Positions 19,185 through 27,965 are shown, counted from the first letter of the stretch. The stretch is 64,000 nucleotides of DNA from an uncultured virus (IMG/VR IMGVR_UViG_3300023172_002538) (IMGVR_UViG_3300023172_002538), one strand, 5' to 3'. Notes: generated by a model from the letters alone, not told the origin. Made by a program: numbers and translations.

Positions 19185-19698
19185 AATATTTTGTATAGGT
19201 CTGTCTCGTACTGGCACTACCAGCTTCAGTGACTTCATGGCTCGCTGTGGCTATAACATCTTACATTATCCAAATGAGACGCAACTGTTCGGTGGATTTG
19301 GTGATGGTGCGAGCGACATACCCGTTGTACTGCACTACAAGAAACTTGACAAGATGTTTCCTAAGTCAAAGTTTATCTACACGATTCGGGACAACTGGGC
19401 TGATGCTGTAGAGCCTTACTTCTTGCGCAAGAAAGGGCGTGTGAATCAGGCATCGGCTCAGTTAGAGATTCGAAGACAGGTATATGGTAGTGTTGACTGG
19501 AATCGTGAACTGTATACAAATGCGTATACTAAACACGATGAAGACGTACGAGAGTACTTCAAAGATCGTCCTGATGATCTGTTGATTCTTGATATCATTG
19601 GCGGTGATCCTGTAAGCAAAGTTACAGACTTTCTTGGTATTGAAACTAAACTAACAGAGTTCCCAAAATCTAATTCGCGAGAGAAAACTTGGAAATGA
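19168..19698 (+). CDS. Sulfotransferase-family protein
   Basis: IFCIGLSRTGTTS (PAPS-binding loop), SDIP, FPKSKFIYTIR, YFKDRPDDLL, FP-x-x-N. Confidence 0.85.
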   Translation: MSVRSKIFCIGLSRTGTTSFSDFMARCGYNILHYPNETQLFGGFGDGASDIPVVLHYKKLDKMFPKSKFIYTIRDNWADAVEPYFLRKKGRVNQASAQLEIRRQVYGSVDWNRELYTNAYTKHDEDVREYFKDRPDDLLILDIIGGDPVSKVTDFLGIETKLTEFPKSNSREKTWK

Positions 19699-20399
19699 AT
19701 GACGCATATGTGATCACATTACAAGACAATGAGATGTCGAATGAGTGTGCAGACAAGCTTATCGAATCTTCCCGATCGGTAAATAACGAGTTCGAAATCA
19801 CCAAGTTCGATGCAATCGTTCCCGAGCGGGTAATTTCTTTAATGCAGTTGCACAATCTCAAGTGGAACTATCCTATGTCAGAGCCTGTGCTTGACATGCA
19901 GACAGGACTGTGGAAGCATCCCTATGTTACTGCTGTGACTGAAAAGCGCATTGCTTGTTTTCTGTCTCACTATCTTCTGTGGCAAAAGTGTGCGAAGGGT
20001 AAAGAAGGTATGTTCATCTTCGAACATGATGCAGAGTTTATCGAGCGAGTAGACGTGGCTCTGCTAAATCAAAGTTCTTTTGATATCATTGCATTGAACG
20101 ATCCACGAGGTGCAACTCGTAAGTCTTCTGAATACTATCAGGCTGTCAAACTAAAACTGCCCGAGAAAGTTGTGCCTGTGCCCAAGATCGATCAAGATCA
20201 GATTCCTCAAGGTCTGCCTGGCAACTCTGCATACTTTATTAAGCCAGAAGGTGCTGTCAAACTGCTCCGTCTAGTCAATGAGTACGGCGCTTGGCCTAAT
20301 GATGCAATTATGTGCCGCCAGCTAATGCCTAAGAAACTAGGCATTGTTACAATGTTCAATACAAAAGTGCAAGGCGTTGAATCGACTACAACGTTATGA
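19695..20399 (+). CDS. GT25-like glycosyltransferase
   Basis: AYVITL, IACFLSHYLLW, FEHDA, AYFIKPEGA, PND. Confidence 0.8.
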   Translation: MNDAYVITLQDNEMSNECADKLIESSRSVNNEFEITKFDAIVPERVISLMQLHNLKWNYPMSEPVLDMQTGLWKHPYVTAVTEKRIACFLSHYLLWQKCAKGKEGMFIFEHDAEFIERVDVALLNQSSFDIIALNDPRGATRKSSEYYQAVKLKLPEKVVPVPKIDQDQIPQGLPGNSAYFIKPEGAVKLLRLVNEYGAWPNDAIMCRQLMPKKLGIVTMFNTKVQGVESTTTL

Positions 20400-21187
20400 A
20401 AATAGGCGTCTTCGTTGCAGGTCAAATTCGAAATGATTTCGATGACGCGAGATACTGTCTCGATCTTTTAGAGAATGGATTTCCCACCGCGGAGTTCAAG
20501 TATCTGGTATGGGACTATGAAGTTGAGCAACATCGAAGACTGCTGAACACGATCTCACTGGGTGATTTAGAAAAGATATCTAACTTTGACATTCACTACA
20601 GTCCATATCTGGACAATCCTACCGCCAGCGAACATTATCAGTACAAGAAAAAACTGAAGAATCCAAACGAACGGCATCTGCATCAAACAAAGCAGATGCT
20701 ACTGCACGATCATCTGATGCAGTTACACGGATCAAAGTACGATGTAGTTGTTCGTGTTCGATGGGACACCTGGGTTTCTCCTCTAATAGACTTTACATCG
20801 TATGCAAAAGAATGCTATAATAACTCCTGTGTAATTTCTATAAACACTCGATCTGATTATTGGGATGATCTTCTGCACATAGGCGAAGATCACGGCACTC
20901 ATGCGCCGCATATCAAACATAGAAGACCTGATGGCACGATTGACGCGCCGATATGCTTTGATATGTTTCAAGATCAAGGTCTGATACTGCATCGAAGCGA
21001 CGATTGGAACAGCGAGTTTGTGCAGACACTACATAAAGAAAAGAAACTACTAGCCGCAGAGTTTGGCTGGTGGCAGATATGCGTTGAAGGCACAAGTCAT
21101 CATCGATGGAAACACTATGATGGTGGTGCAGGGCTTTCAAGGTCTGTTCGACAGGCTGATCGAGAAAAAGTGAGAATGATATTTTGA
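20396..21187 (+). CDS. Putative glycan-modifying protein (paralog of 15430-16170)
   Basis: MKIGVFVAGQIR, HQTKQMLLH, YDVVVRVRWD, LLAAEFGWWQ. Confidence 0.55.
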   Translation: MKIGVFVAGQIRNDFDDARYCLDLLENGFPTAEFKYLVWDYEVEQHRRLLNTISLGDLEKISNFDIHYSPYLDNPTASEHYQYKKKLKNPNERHLHQTKQMLLHDHLMQLHGSKYDVVVRVRWDTWVSPLIDFTSYAKECYNNSCVISINTRSDYWDDLLHIGEDHGTHAPHIKHRRPDGTIDAPICFDMFQDQGLILHRSDDWNSEFVQTLHKEKKLLAAEFGWWQICVEGTSHHRWKHYDGGAGLSRSVRQADREKVRMIF

Positions 21188-21828
21188 AATCATATGTAAT
21201 TACAATCATGTCTGAGCCAAGGTCTGTTGAGAGTGCGCAACGTTGCATTGACTCAATGCCTGACTACAACATTGAGATGTTTCCTGCAATCACACCAAAA
21301 GATAATCCGTTTAAGATTGCAGAGAAAAAAGGCATACCGATTGATCTATTCAAAGAGGGATACTCGCGCATCGAAAACTGCGTATCCGCCTTTCTTTCTC
21401 ACCACTCGCTATGGGAGAAGTGCTACGAAGAAAAGACTGAGTACCAAATCTTTGAGCATGATGCAGTATGTACTAATAACATTCCAAAGTTTATACCGTA
21501 TCAAGGATGTATCTCGCTAGGTGCTCCTAGCTATGGACGATTCCAAACGCCGATGAAAATTGGTGTTGGACCACTAACGAGTAAAAGATACTTTCCCGGT
21601 GCTCATGCTTATCGTCTTAAACCTGTTGGTGCTAAGACTTTATTGCAACGAGCAAAGACAGATGCTAGACCTACTGACATTTATTTGAATGCAGATTACT
21701 TTCCTTGGCTTGAGGAGTACTATCCTTGGCCAGTGGTTGTAAAAGAGTCTTTCACTACAATTCAACGACTAGAGGGCTGTGTTGCAAAGCACGGCTATAA
21801 TGGTGGCTATGAAATCCTTACCGTCTAA
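21184..21828 (+). CDS. GT25-like glycosyltransferase
   Basis: SYVITI, AFLSHHSLW, FEHDA, HAYRLKP, PTD. Confidence 0.8.
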   Translation: MKSYVITIMSEPRSVESAQRCIDSMPDYNIEMFPAITPKDNPFKIAEKKGIPIDLFKEGYSRIENCVSAFLSHHSLWEKCYEEKTEYQIFEHDAVCTNNIPKFIPYQGCISLGAPSYGRFQTPMKIGVGPLTSKRYFPGAHAYRLKPVGAKTLLQRAKTDARPTDIYLNADYFPWLEEYYPWPVVVKESFTTIQRLEGCVAKHGYNGGYEILTV

Positions 21829-22477
21829 TGAGCGATGTTTTATCACGGGATGTGATGAAAAAACTGAATGGCAACTTAAGTGGTTTTTAGAGAACTATCT
21901 TAAGCATAACAAGACGCCGATTGTATTTGCTGACTTTGGTGTTAGCGAAGAGATGCGAACTTGGATTTGGCAAGTGAGTGCCTTTGCTGATATCATTGAG
22001 ATTCCGAAGCAACGTGTTGGCGGTTGGTTTTACAAGCCCATTGCAATGTTAGCCTCTCCTTGCACAGAGACATGCTGGATTGATACTGACATTGAAGTGC
22101 TTGGTGATATGTCTGGTATCTTTAAGTATGTTGAAGACAACAAGATCGGCATGGTCGAAGACAAGCCTTGGAGTAAACGTCGAGGCGAAAAATGGCACAA
22201 CTCTGGTGTCATAGCCATTCGTGGTAAGCCAGCGATGTTGCACAAATGGGCTAATGAGTGTCGTGGTAAACCTAACGTTGGAGATCAAGAAGTTCTACAC
22301 AGTATCGTGAATCTAAATCCTCTGATGCGACTGACACACATCTCGGACATACCGAATATATACAATTGGCTTCGCATTCAAATTATCGACGGCGAAGATT
22401 CTCCTAACAAGCTGGCTATGCATTGGACTGGTCAGAAAGGCAATGACGTGATACGGAAGAAGATGTATAATGGGTAA
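21809..22477 (+). CDS. GT-A glycosyltransferase (GT8-like)
   Basis: FITGCD, ADFG, WIDTD (DxD), HNSGV, GDQEVL, MHWTG. Confidence 0.75.
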   Translation: MKSLPSNERCFITGCDEKTEWQLKWFLENYLKHNKTPIVFADFGVSEEMRTWIWQVSAFADIIEIPKQRVGGWFYKPIAMLASPCTETCWIDTDIEVLGDMSGIFKYVEDNKIGMVEDKPWSKRRGEKWHNSGVIAIRGKPAMLHKWANECRGKPNVGDQEVLHSIVNLNPLMRLTHISDIPNIYNWLRIQIIDGEDSPNKLAMHWTGQKGNDVIRKKMYNG

Positions 22478-23219
22478 AGTAATTCATGTATTAGGTAACG
22501 GCGACAAGGCTCACTACTACAATCGCGAGAAGCGCGAGGGTATGAAACTGCTGTGCAATATGCCGCCGTTTGAAATGGATCCTAAAGAAGTCTACGCAAC
22601 ATGCATGGTTGACTTTAAGATGATGATGGCGCTGACTGAAGGGTCTATCAAGCTTGATCAGTACGAATGGGTGCTCGGTACTCGTCCTCGTATTTGGATG
22701 TATGAGCGTAGCACGTTCTATCTAAAGTATGCGAGCCGAGTGAGAGAATTCTATACACACGTGCCTAAGTACGCTGGAAATGCGACTAACTTTAACTGTG
22801 GTCACATGGCAGTTCACTATGCGGCGAATAAGCACAAAGCCGATGAGATCCACATGTACGGATTCGATACCATCTTCGATTTCAACATGCGGAGTGTGAC
22901 AGACTTGGTGCTGTCGAGTGATCGTGGCGATACTAACAACTATCGTTTGTTGAACAACTGGCGTCCGATCTGGAGAGATATCTTCCGTGAGTTCAAGAAC
23001 ACCAAGTTCGTTCTTCATCACAACCACGACAGCCTGAAGATTCCAAAGCTTGACAACGTTGAAGTGAAAGTGTATAATGATAAGATGTCTGCAACTCAGA
23101 AACGTAGAGATGAAAGTGATATCAGCGATGGACGTGGCATGGAAGTGCCTATTAACACTGCACCGCTCAATCGTAAAGCGAGACGTGCACAAGAAGCAAT
23201 TCAACGCAAGGCAAAATAA
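22470..23219 (+). CDS. Hypothetical protein with sialyltransferase/MptE-like motif layout
   Basis: VLGNG...CN...D...NCGHMAV...IHMYGFD. Confidence 0.5.
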   Translation: MGKVIHVLGNGDKAHYYNREKREGMKLLCNMPPFEMDPKEVYATCMVDFKMMMALTEGSIKLDQYEWVLGTRPRIWMYERSTFYLKYASRVREFYTHVPKYAGNATNFNCGHMAVHYAANKHKADEIHMYGFDTIFDFNMRSVTDLVLSSDRGDTNNYRLLNNWRPIWRDIFREFKNTKFVLHHNHDSLKIPKLDNVEVKVYNDKMSATQKRRDESDISDGRGMEVPINTAPLNRKARRAQEAIQRKAK

Positions 23220-23902
23220 TGTTTGAACATGTTGGTGTAGACCTAGGTTATGATGATCTAGAGTCTAACACAAGTGAATCTGGCAGATTATACGAAACAC
23301 CAGACGGCGTAAAGTATCCGTCTATTACTACTGTTCTTTCGATTCTGTCGCAAGACGCTATTCAAGCGTGGCGTAGACGTGTCGGTGAAGAAGAGGCTAA
23401 TCGTATATCTTCACGTGCCTCTAAACGCGGCACGGCTGTTCATGCTATTGTCGAAGACTATCTCAACAACGTCGAAGACTATAAAGAAAAATATCCTCTT
23501 AACATCATCGACAATTTTCTACCTCTGAAAAAAATCCTAGATACACGTATTGGTAAGATATACGCACAAGAAGTTCCGATGTTCTCTCATCACTTGAGAG
23601 TTGCTGGTCGAGTTGACTGTGTTGCTGAGTTTGACGGTGTGTTGTCAATCATTGATTTTAAAACATCACGCAAACTTAAGCAGAAAAAATATATCGAAAA
23701 CTACTTTATGCAGGAGTCTGCATATGCTATAATGTTCGAAGAAAGAACTGGCATGCCTATCACGCAACTGGTGACATTGATCGCAGTTGATGATGAACAG
23801 CCACAGGTCTTTATCGAACATCGTGATAACTGGACAAAACCCTTGATAGAAACTATTGAGAAGTATGAAGCGAGGCAACGTAGAAAAAATGGCAAACGTT
23901 GA
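23219..23902 (+). CDS. PD-(D/E)XK exonuclease of T4-like phages
   Basis: YPSITTVL, RGTAVH, AGRVDC, IIDFKTS, YFMQESAYA. Confidence 0.88.
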   Translation: MFEHVGVDLGYDDLESNTSESGRLYETPDGVKYPSITTVLSILSQDAIQAWRRRVGEEEANRISSRASKRGTAVHAIVEDYLNNVEDYKEKYPLNIIDNFLPLKKILDTRIGKIYAQEVPMFSHHLRVAGRVDCVAEFDGVLSIIDFKTSRKLKQKKYIENYFMQESAYAIMFEERTGMPITQLVTLIAVDDEQPQVFIEHRDNWTKPLIETIEKYEARQRRKNGKR

Positions 23903-24227
23903 AGAAAAAACTGTATACGATAACTTTATCGGTCAGAAAGCAAAAGACAATCGACCTGCTACTCTAGCAGAATTCCTTGATGAAGATGAAGATGCTATCT
24001 TCGAAGAGCCGTGGCAAGAACACTGGCAGGGCATGCCTGAGTTTGAGCAAGACGAAAACAAACCCTACAAGACGATCAACGTACACTTTCGTACCAAAGA
24101 AGACTACGAAGAGTTTGCGAAGATTATCGAACAGCCTTTGACTACAAAAACAAAGTCGATCTGGCATCCACGTCTAGAAATTACCAAAAACGCACTCATG
24201 CGTTGGATTGAGGAGAACGATGACTAA
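23889..24227 (+). CDS. Small acidic protein coupled to the TAGT-like gene
   Basis: WQGMPEFEQ...VHFRTKEDYEEF...TKSIWHP; overlaps the start of the next gene. Confidence 0.6.
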   Translation: MANVEEKTVYDNFIGQKAKDNRPATLAEFLDEDEDAIFEEPWQEHWQGMPEFEQDENKPYKTINVHFRTKEDYEEFAKIIEQPLTTKTKSIWHPRLEITKNALMRWIEENDD

Positions 24228-25155
24228 TCCAAGATATCCAGTTTATATCATTTCGAAAGGGCGTCACGAGTCGATGTTTACATCGCGCTCGTTGGCGCGT
24301 ATGAAAGTACCGCACTACATTGCAATTGAGCCACAAGATGAAGCAAATTACGAACAAGCACTGGACAATTTTGGGATACGGGAATTTGTTACTCTATTGG
24401 TTGCACCTTTCTCTAATCACGGTGATGGTCCTGGGCGGGCTAGAAACTGGTGTTGGGATCACTCAATAGAACTTGGTGCAAAGCGACACTGGGTTCTTGA
24501 TGACAACATTCAAGACTTCTATCGTCTGCACCGAAATCTTCGTGTTCGTGTTGAGTCTGGTGTTTGCTTCCGTGTCATGGAAGACTTTGTTGATCGATAC
24601 ACTAACGTAAAGATCGCTGGTCCTCAGTATCGATTCTTCTGCGCACCTAATCAGAAGTATCCGCCTTATGTGGCGAACACACGTATCTACTCGTGTCTGT
24701 TAATCGAGAATGATTGCAAGCATCGCTGGCGTGGTCGTTACAACGAAGACACTGATATCTGTCTGCGTGTTCTCAAAGACGGCGACTGCACCGTACAGTT
24801 CAATGCGTTTCTACAAGGCAAAGCCGCAACGCAGACTGTCAAGGGTGGTAACTCTACTGAGTTTTATCACAAAGAAGTTGGCTACGATCCTAAGACTGGC
24901 GAAGCACTCAAAGCAGACGATCTACTTGAAGTAAAAGATAGATACAATGTGGTCGGTACGGTCGCTAAGTCTCAGATGCTTGTTGACATGCATCCTGACG
25001 TGGCAAAGATGGTGTGGCGATATGGTCGATGGCACCATCACGTGAACTATGATCCGTTTAAGAAAAACAAGTTAGTGTTTAAAGAAGGCATCGAAGTGCC
25101 GAAGGGTGTAAACAACTACGGCATGAAGCTAGTAACAAACTGGGGTGTTGAGTGA
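24220..25155 (+). CDS. TET-associated (TAGT)/GREB1-like glycosyltransferase, candidate DNA base glycosyltransferase
   Basis: YPVYIISKGR, IEPQD, ARNWCW, WVLDDNI, RIYSCLLI, GRYNEDTDIC, KGGNS. Confidence 0.75.
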   Translation: MTNPRYPVYIISKGRHESMFTSRSLARMKVPHYIAIEPQDEANYEQALDNFGIREFVTLLVAPFSNHGDGPGRARNWCWDHSIELGAKRHWVLDDNIQDFYRLHRNLRVRVESGVCFRVMEDFVDRYTNVKIAGPQYRFFCAPNQKYPPYVANTRIYSCLLIENDCKHRWRGRYNEDTDICLRVLKDGDCTVQFNAFLQGKAATQTVKGGNSTEFYHKEVGYDPKTGEALKADDLLEVKDRYNVVGTVAKSQMLVDMHPDVAKMVWRYGRWHHHVNYDPFKKNKLVFKEGIEVPKGVNNYGMKLVTNWGVE

Positions 25156-25697
25156 ATGTAAAAGAAGCAACTAAAGAGTTGCATGATAAGGTAGAAGAAA
25201 CGGTCTTTGCACAAAGACTACTCAGCGGCGACTATGACGAAGATGATTATGTGCGCTATCTAAATGCGCAGTATGTCATCTTTGATGCCATGGAAAATCA
25301 TTTCGAATATCGTATTCCTAATGACGCACTGCATCGTTGCGAAGCTATCGAAAAGGACTTGATGTCTCTTGGTAAAAGACCTTCTCGTTTGATTACTCCT
25401 TACTCTGCTTGTCGTTATGCTGATTACATTCTAGGCGTAAATGAGTGGAGCGAAGAGCAACGCAATTCGCACGTCTATCTTAACTATCTTGGCATGATGT
25501 TTGGTGGTAGCATTGTTTCGAAAGGAGTGCCTACGCCAGGACACATGTATAAATTTGAGTCACGTCAAGAATGTATTAAAAACATACGTGAACTAGACCT
25601 CGATGTAAATCAAGTAAAAGAAGGTTTTCGATATCAGATCGAACTAATGGAAGAGCTAGAGAGAATCAAGCATGTCTCTAAAGAACAGACTGATTGA
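25152..25697 (+). CDS. Heme oxygenase (HemO/Ho1-like)
   Basis: KEATKELHDKVE (proximal His), YVRYL, HVYLNYLGMMFGG. Confidence 0.85.
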   Translation: MNVKEATKELHDKVEETVFAQRLLSGDYDEDDYVRYLNAQYVIFDAMENHFEYRIPNDALHRCEAIEKDLMSLGKRPSRLITPYSACRYADYILGVNEWSEEQRNSHVYLNYLGMMFGGSIVSKGVPTPGHMYKFESRQECIKNIRELDLDVNQVKEGFRYQIELMEELERIKHVSKEQTD

Positions 25698-26316
25698 AGT
25701 TACTAATCAGATGCAGGAAATCATCCTGCGTCAGCCTGGTGTCAAGCCGATGGACACTGAAGACTTTGGTTGGGAAAACTATCGATGGTCAGGTGATAAG
25801 TTTCGTCTAGCGCACATCGAACGATTCTTTGAAGCAGGCTTGCTTGTAGCCCATGTCACATGTTTTCCACATGAAGGAGATGCCGCACCCATCTTTGGCT
25901 TTGATGTAGTTGGTAGCGAGAAGACTGGTAAGATTGGTGGTGCATTTCTAGACTACTCACCCGTTCTGTATGATACCAAATGGCACGATACTGAATGGAA
26001 CTCTGATCGTATTCTGCCCGAGTGGGCTACGGTGTTCTCTGATGACTTCATTGCTCTCCGTCCACACGAAGATGAATACGAGCCGTTCTTTGAGCTATCG
26101 CTGACTAAGTTCGAAGAGTACTTTAATGCACTTGATACCTCAGTACACGTCGATACGCCTGCCGCCAAAGCACTGGTCATCGAGCGACAGAACGAGTACT
26201 GCGAGAAACAAGCGTCCAATCCCCGGACCTACGCCGCTCTGAAGCACAAGATTGGTGCTGAGAGAGCGAGGTATTTCATGACTGAGATACTTTTCCCCAA
26301 AATCGTAAGTATTTGA
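25672..26316 (+). CDS. Ferredoxin-dependent bilin reductase (PcyA/PcyX-like)
   Basis: FRLAHIE, HVTCFP, PIFGFD, FLDYSP, LPEWATVFS, QNEYCEKQASNPRT; coupled to the heme oxygenase. Confidence 0.85.
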   Translation: MSLKNRLIEVTNQMQEIILRQPGVKPMDTEDFGWENYRWSGDKFRLAHIERFFEAGLLVAHVTCFPHEGDAAPIFGFDVVGSEKTGKIGGAFLDYSPVLYDTKWHDTEWNSDRILPEWATVFSDDFIALRPHEDEYEPFFELSLTKFEEYFNALDTSVHVDTPAAKALVIERQNEYCEKQASNPRTYAALKHKIGAERARYFMTEILFPKIVSI

Positions 26317-26349
26317 TTTCCTTACTTATTCTAAAAAGTTCTAAACATA

Positions 26350-26433
26350 TAGCAAAATAGTCTAAAAAAGCTGTTGACTTTTCTCCAGATCCTGCGATAA
26401 TTACCATGTAATTGAGAGATAGGAGAAATTGTT
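26350..26433 (+). promoter_or_regulatory. Early promoter module, copy A
   Basis: A-tract upstream element, TTGACT (26374), 16-nt spacer, TG-n-GATAAT (26396), AGGAG RBS. Confidence 0.75.
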
Positions 26434-26691
26434 ATGGCTAGAATTATTTACCAAACTGAGTTTGATCGCGAAGGTCTTGAGAACGAGATTGACTTCAAAC
26501 AGGCTCTTCGAATCATCAAAGGTTTCATGGGTACTGAAGATACTCTTGCCGCTCTTAAAGGTTTTGAGGAGCGTTACGAGAAAGCTGAAATCGATACTTA
26601 CGAAGCTTATGATTGGCGATATGAGATATTCTCTTATAATCTTCTGGTCGAAGGTTTCTCTAAGTTGTTTGCGCCTAAGGAGGTCGCTTAA
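26434..26691 (+). CDS. Hypothetical early protein (85 aa)
   Basis: Directly follows the promoter and RBS. Confidence 0.75.
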   Translation: MARIIYQTEFDREGLENEIDFKQALRIIKGFMGTEDTLAALKGFEERYEKAEIDTYEAYDWRYEIFSYNLLVEGFSKLFAPKEVA

Positions 26692-26876
26692 TGTTTAAAA
26701 TGCCTACTTATGTTTGGAATCCGTACTCAGTCGAGTTCACCAAGTACGGTAAGCGAGTTACTGAGACTCTGCGTTACCTTGATGTTGTCGGCGAACCTCG
26801 CCGTCGAATTGGTGACTCTGTGACAGTTCGTGTCAACAAAGAAAAGCGTATTGGTATTATTATGGGAGTAGAGTAA
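26691..26876 (+). CDS. Hypothetical early protein (61 aa)
   Basis: AGGAGG RBS and TAATG coupling. Confidence 0.7.
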   Translation: MFKMPTYVWNPYSVEFTKYGKRVTETLRYLDVVGEPRRRIGDSVTVRVNKEKRIGIIMGVE

Positions 26877-27052
26877 TGAGTGAAGTAAAGTGGTACTGCC
26901 GCGGTGCGGCTGGTGAGTACGTCTTGGACGTTGTTGAGTCTCTGGCTGATGGTATGATCGATGAAGATCAGTTCATCGCCAAACTGAGTCAGTTTGGTCT
27001 GTCTCCTCAGGAGATCATGGACGTGTTCGCTGAGGACGTGTTAGGGGTTTAA
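26876..27052 (+). CDS. Hypothetical early protein (58 aa)
   Basis: Not in the ORF track. MSEVKWYCRGAAGEYVLDVVESL...; TAATG coupling and GGAG RBS. Confidence 0.65.
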   Translation: MSEVKWYCRGAAGEYVLDVVESLADGMIDEDQFIAKLSQFGLSPQEIMDVFAEDVLGV

Positions 27053-27059
27053 GTTTTTT

Positions 27060-27220
27060 GATGGGGATGTGCTTTCGAAAATTGCTACTGATTGCTATGT
27101 GGCACTACCCCATCTTTTTTACAGAGCAGGAGACTGAAAACAGTAGGTCGGCCTGTAGCGAGGGTTAACAACCTTGCGAGTAGGTTTTGCCAGTCCCTAT
27201 CTAACCCAATACTGGCACCA
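27060..27220 (+). ncRNA. Candidate structured non-coding RNA region
   Basis: Intergenic; several complementary stems, a possible H-type pseudoknot and a 3' ACCA. See findings. Confidence 0.35.
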
Positions 27221-27240
27221 TCTTTTCGGTTATATTCTTA

Positions 27241-27323
27241 GAACAAAAAAGTCTAAAAAAAGTGTTGACAGACTGACTAAATTCTGAGATAATTACTGCG
27301 TAAGTTAGAGAGAGGCTTTGATT
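27241..27323 (+). promoter_or_regulatory. Early promoter module, copy B
   Basis: AGTCTAAAAAA upstream element, TTGACA (27265), 17-nt spacer, TG-n-GATAAT (27288), GAGG RBS. Confidence 0.8.
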
Positions 27324-27824
27324 ATGAAACTTGTTATCCAAACCCAATTCTGCGAGAACTACGGCGCCCATGACTGGGACGGTAAGGGCGAGTGTCCGCA
27401 GTACTGGAAGTTCAAAGGCGGCGAAACTTATATCGTCGATGTGACCCTGCAAGAAGCGCAGGACAAGTCGTTCTATGCGCGTGTCGCGAAGTGCATTGAG
27501 CACTCTTCAAACTACTCTAAGGAGTACATCATTGGTGAGACTCTGGTCGATGATATCGACTTTAAAGAGTCGGATCACTGCGATGAGTGGGAATCTCCCA
27601 TTTACTGCGCTCTCATGTCAGACCGTGACGAACTCATGTGCAAGCAGATTGCACGTAAGTACAACATGGATGCGACTCCGTTCGGTGAGCGTTCTTGGTC
27701 TCAAAACGAAGAGGGTCGCTCTGAAATGCGACTCCTCACCTTCGAAGATATCGATGTATTAGAACAATACTTCGCAAAGAAAGAGGCGGCAGGAGAATTG
27801 GCGCCTCTTCCGGAGGTGGCATGA
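27324..27824 (+). CDS. Hypothetical early protein
   Basis: MKLVIQTQFCENYGAHDWDGKGECPQYWKFKGG, a phage-type N-terminus directly after the promoter. Confidence 0.75.
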   Translation: MKLVIQTQFCENYGAHDWDGKGECPQYWKFKGGETYIVDVTLQEAQDKSFYARVAKCIEHSSNYSKEYIIGETLVDDIDFKESDHCDEWESPIYCALMSDRDELMCKQIARKYNMDATPFGERSWSQNEEGRSEMRLLTFEDIDVLEQYFAKKEAAGELAPLPEVA

Positions 27825-27964
27825 GAGACTGGTTACAAGTTGGCATTTACGCCACTGCTCTTGCGATAATTGTTTTTATGGTTGGATGGTACGTTTACTT
27901 TGTCTGGAGTGACTGTCTAGCCGATCATTCGTTTCTGACTTGTGCAAGAATGTTAGGGAGATAA
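27821..27964 (+). CDS. Small membrane protein (47 aa)
   Basis: Not in the ORF track. MRDWLQVGIYATALAIIVFMVGWYVYFVW..., GGAGG RBS, ATGA overlap. Confidence 0.65.
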   Translation: MRDWLQVGIYATALAIIVFMVGWYVYFVWSDCLADHSFLTCARMLGR

Positions 27965-27965
27965 A

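Noticed and set aside
23219..23902. Cas4 / CRISPR-Cas component
   Set aside because: It lacks the Fe-S cysteine set, there are no other cas genes or array, and it matches the ordinary T4-like exonuclease.
25152..26316. Assigning the phage as a cyanophage from the bilin genes
   Set aside because: No psbA, hli or other cyanophage markers are in the window, and such cassettes also occur in phages of heterotrophs.
27189..27220. tRNA gene
   Set aside because: It has an acceptor-like stem and CCA but no D, anticodon or T arms; kept only as an ncRNA candidate.
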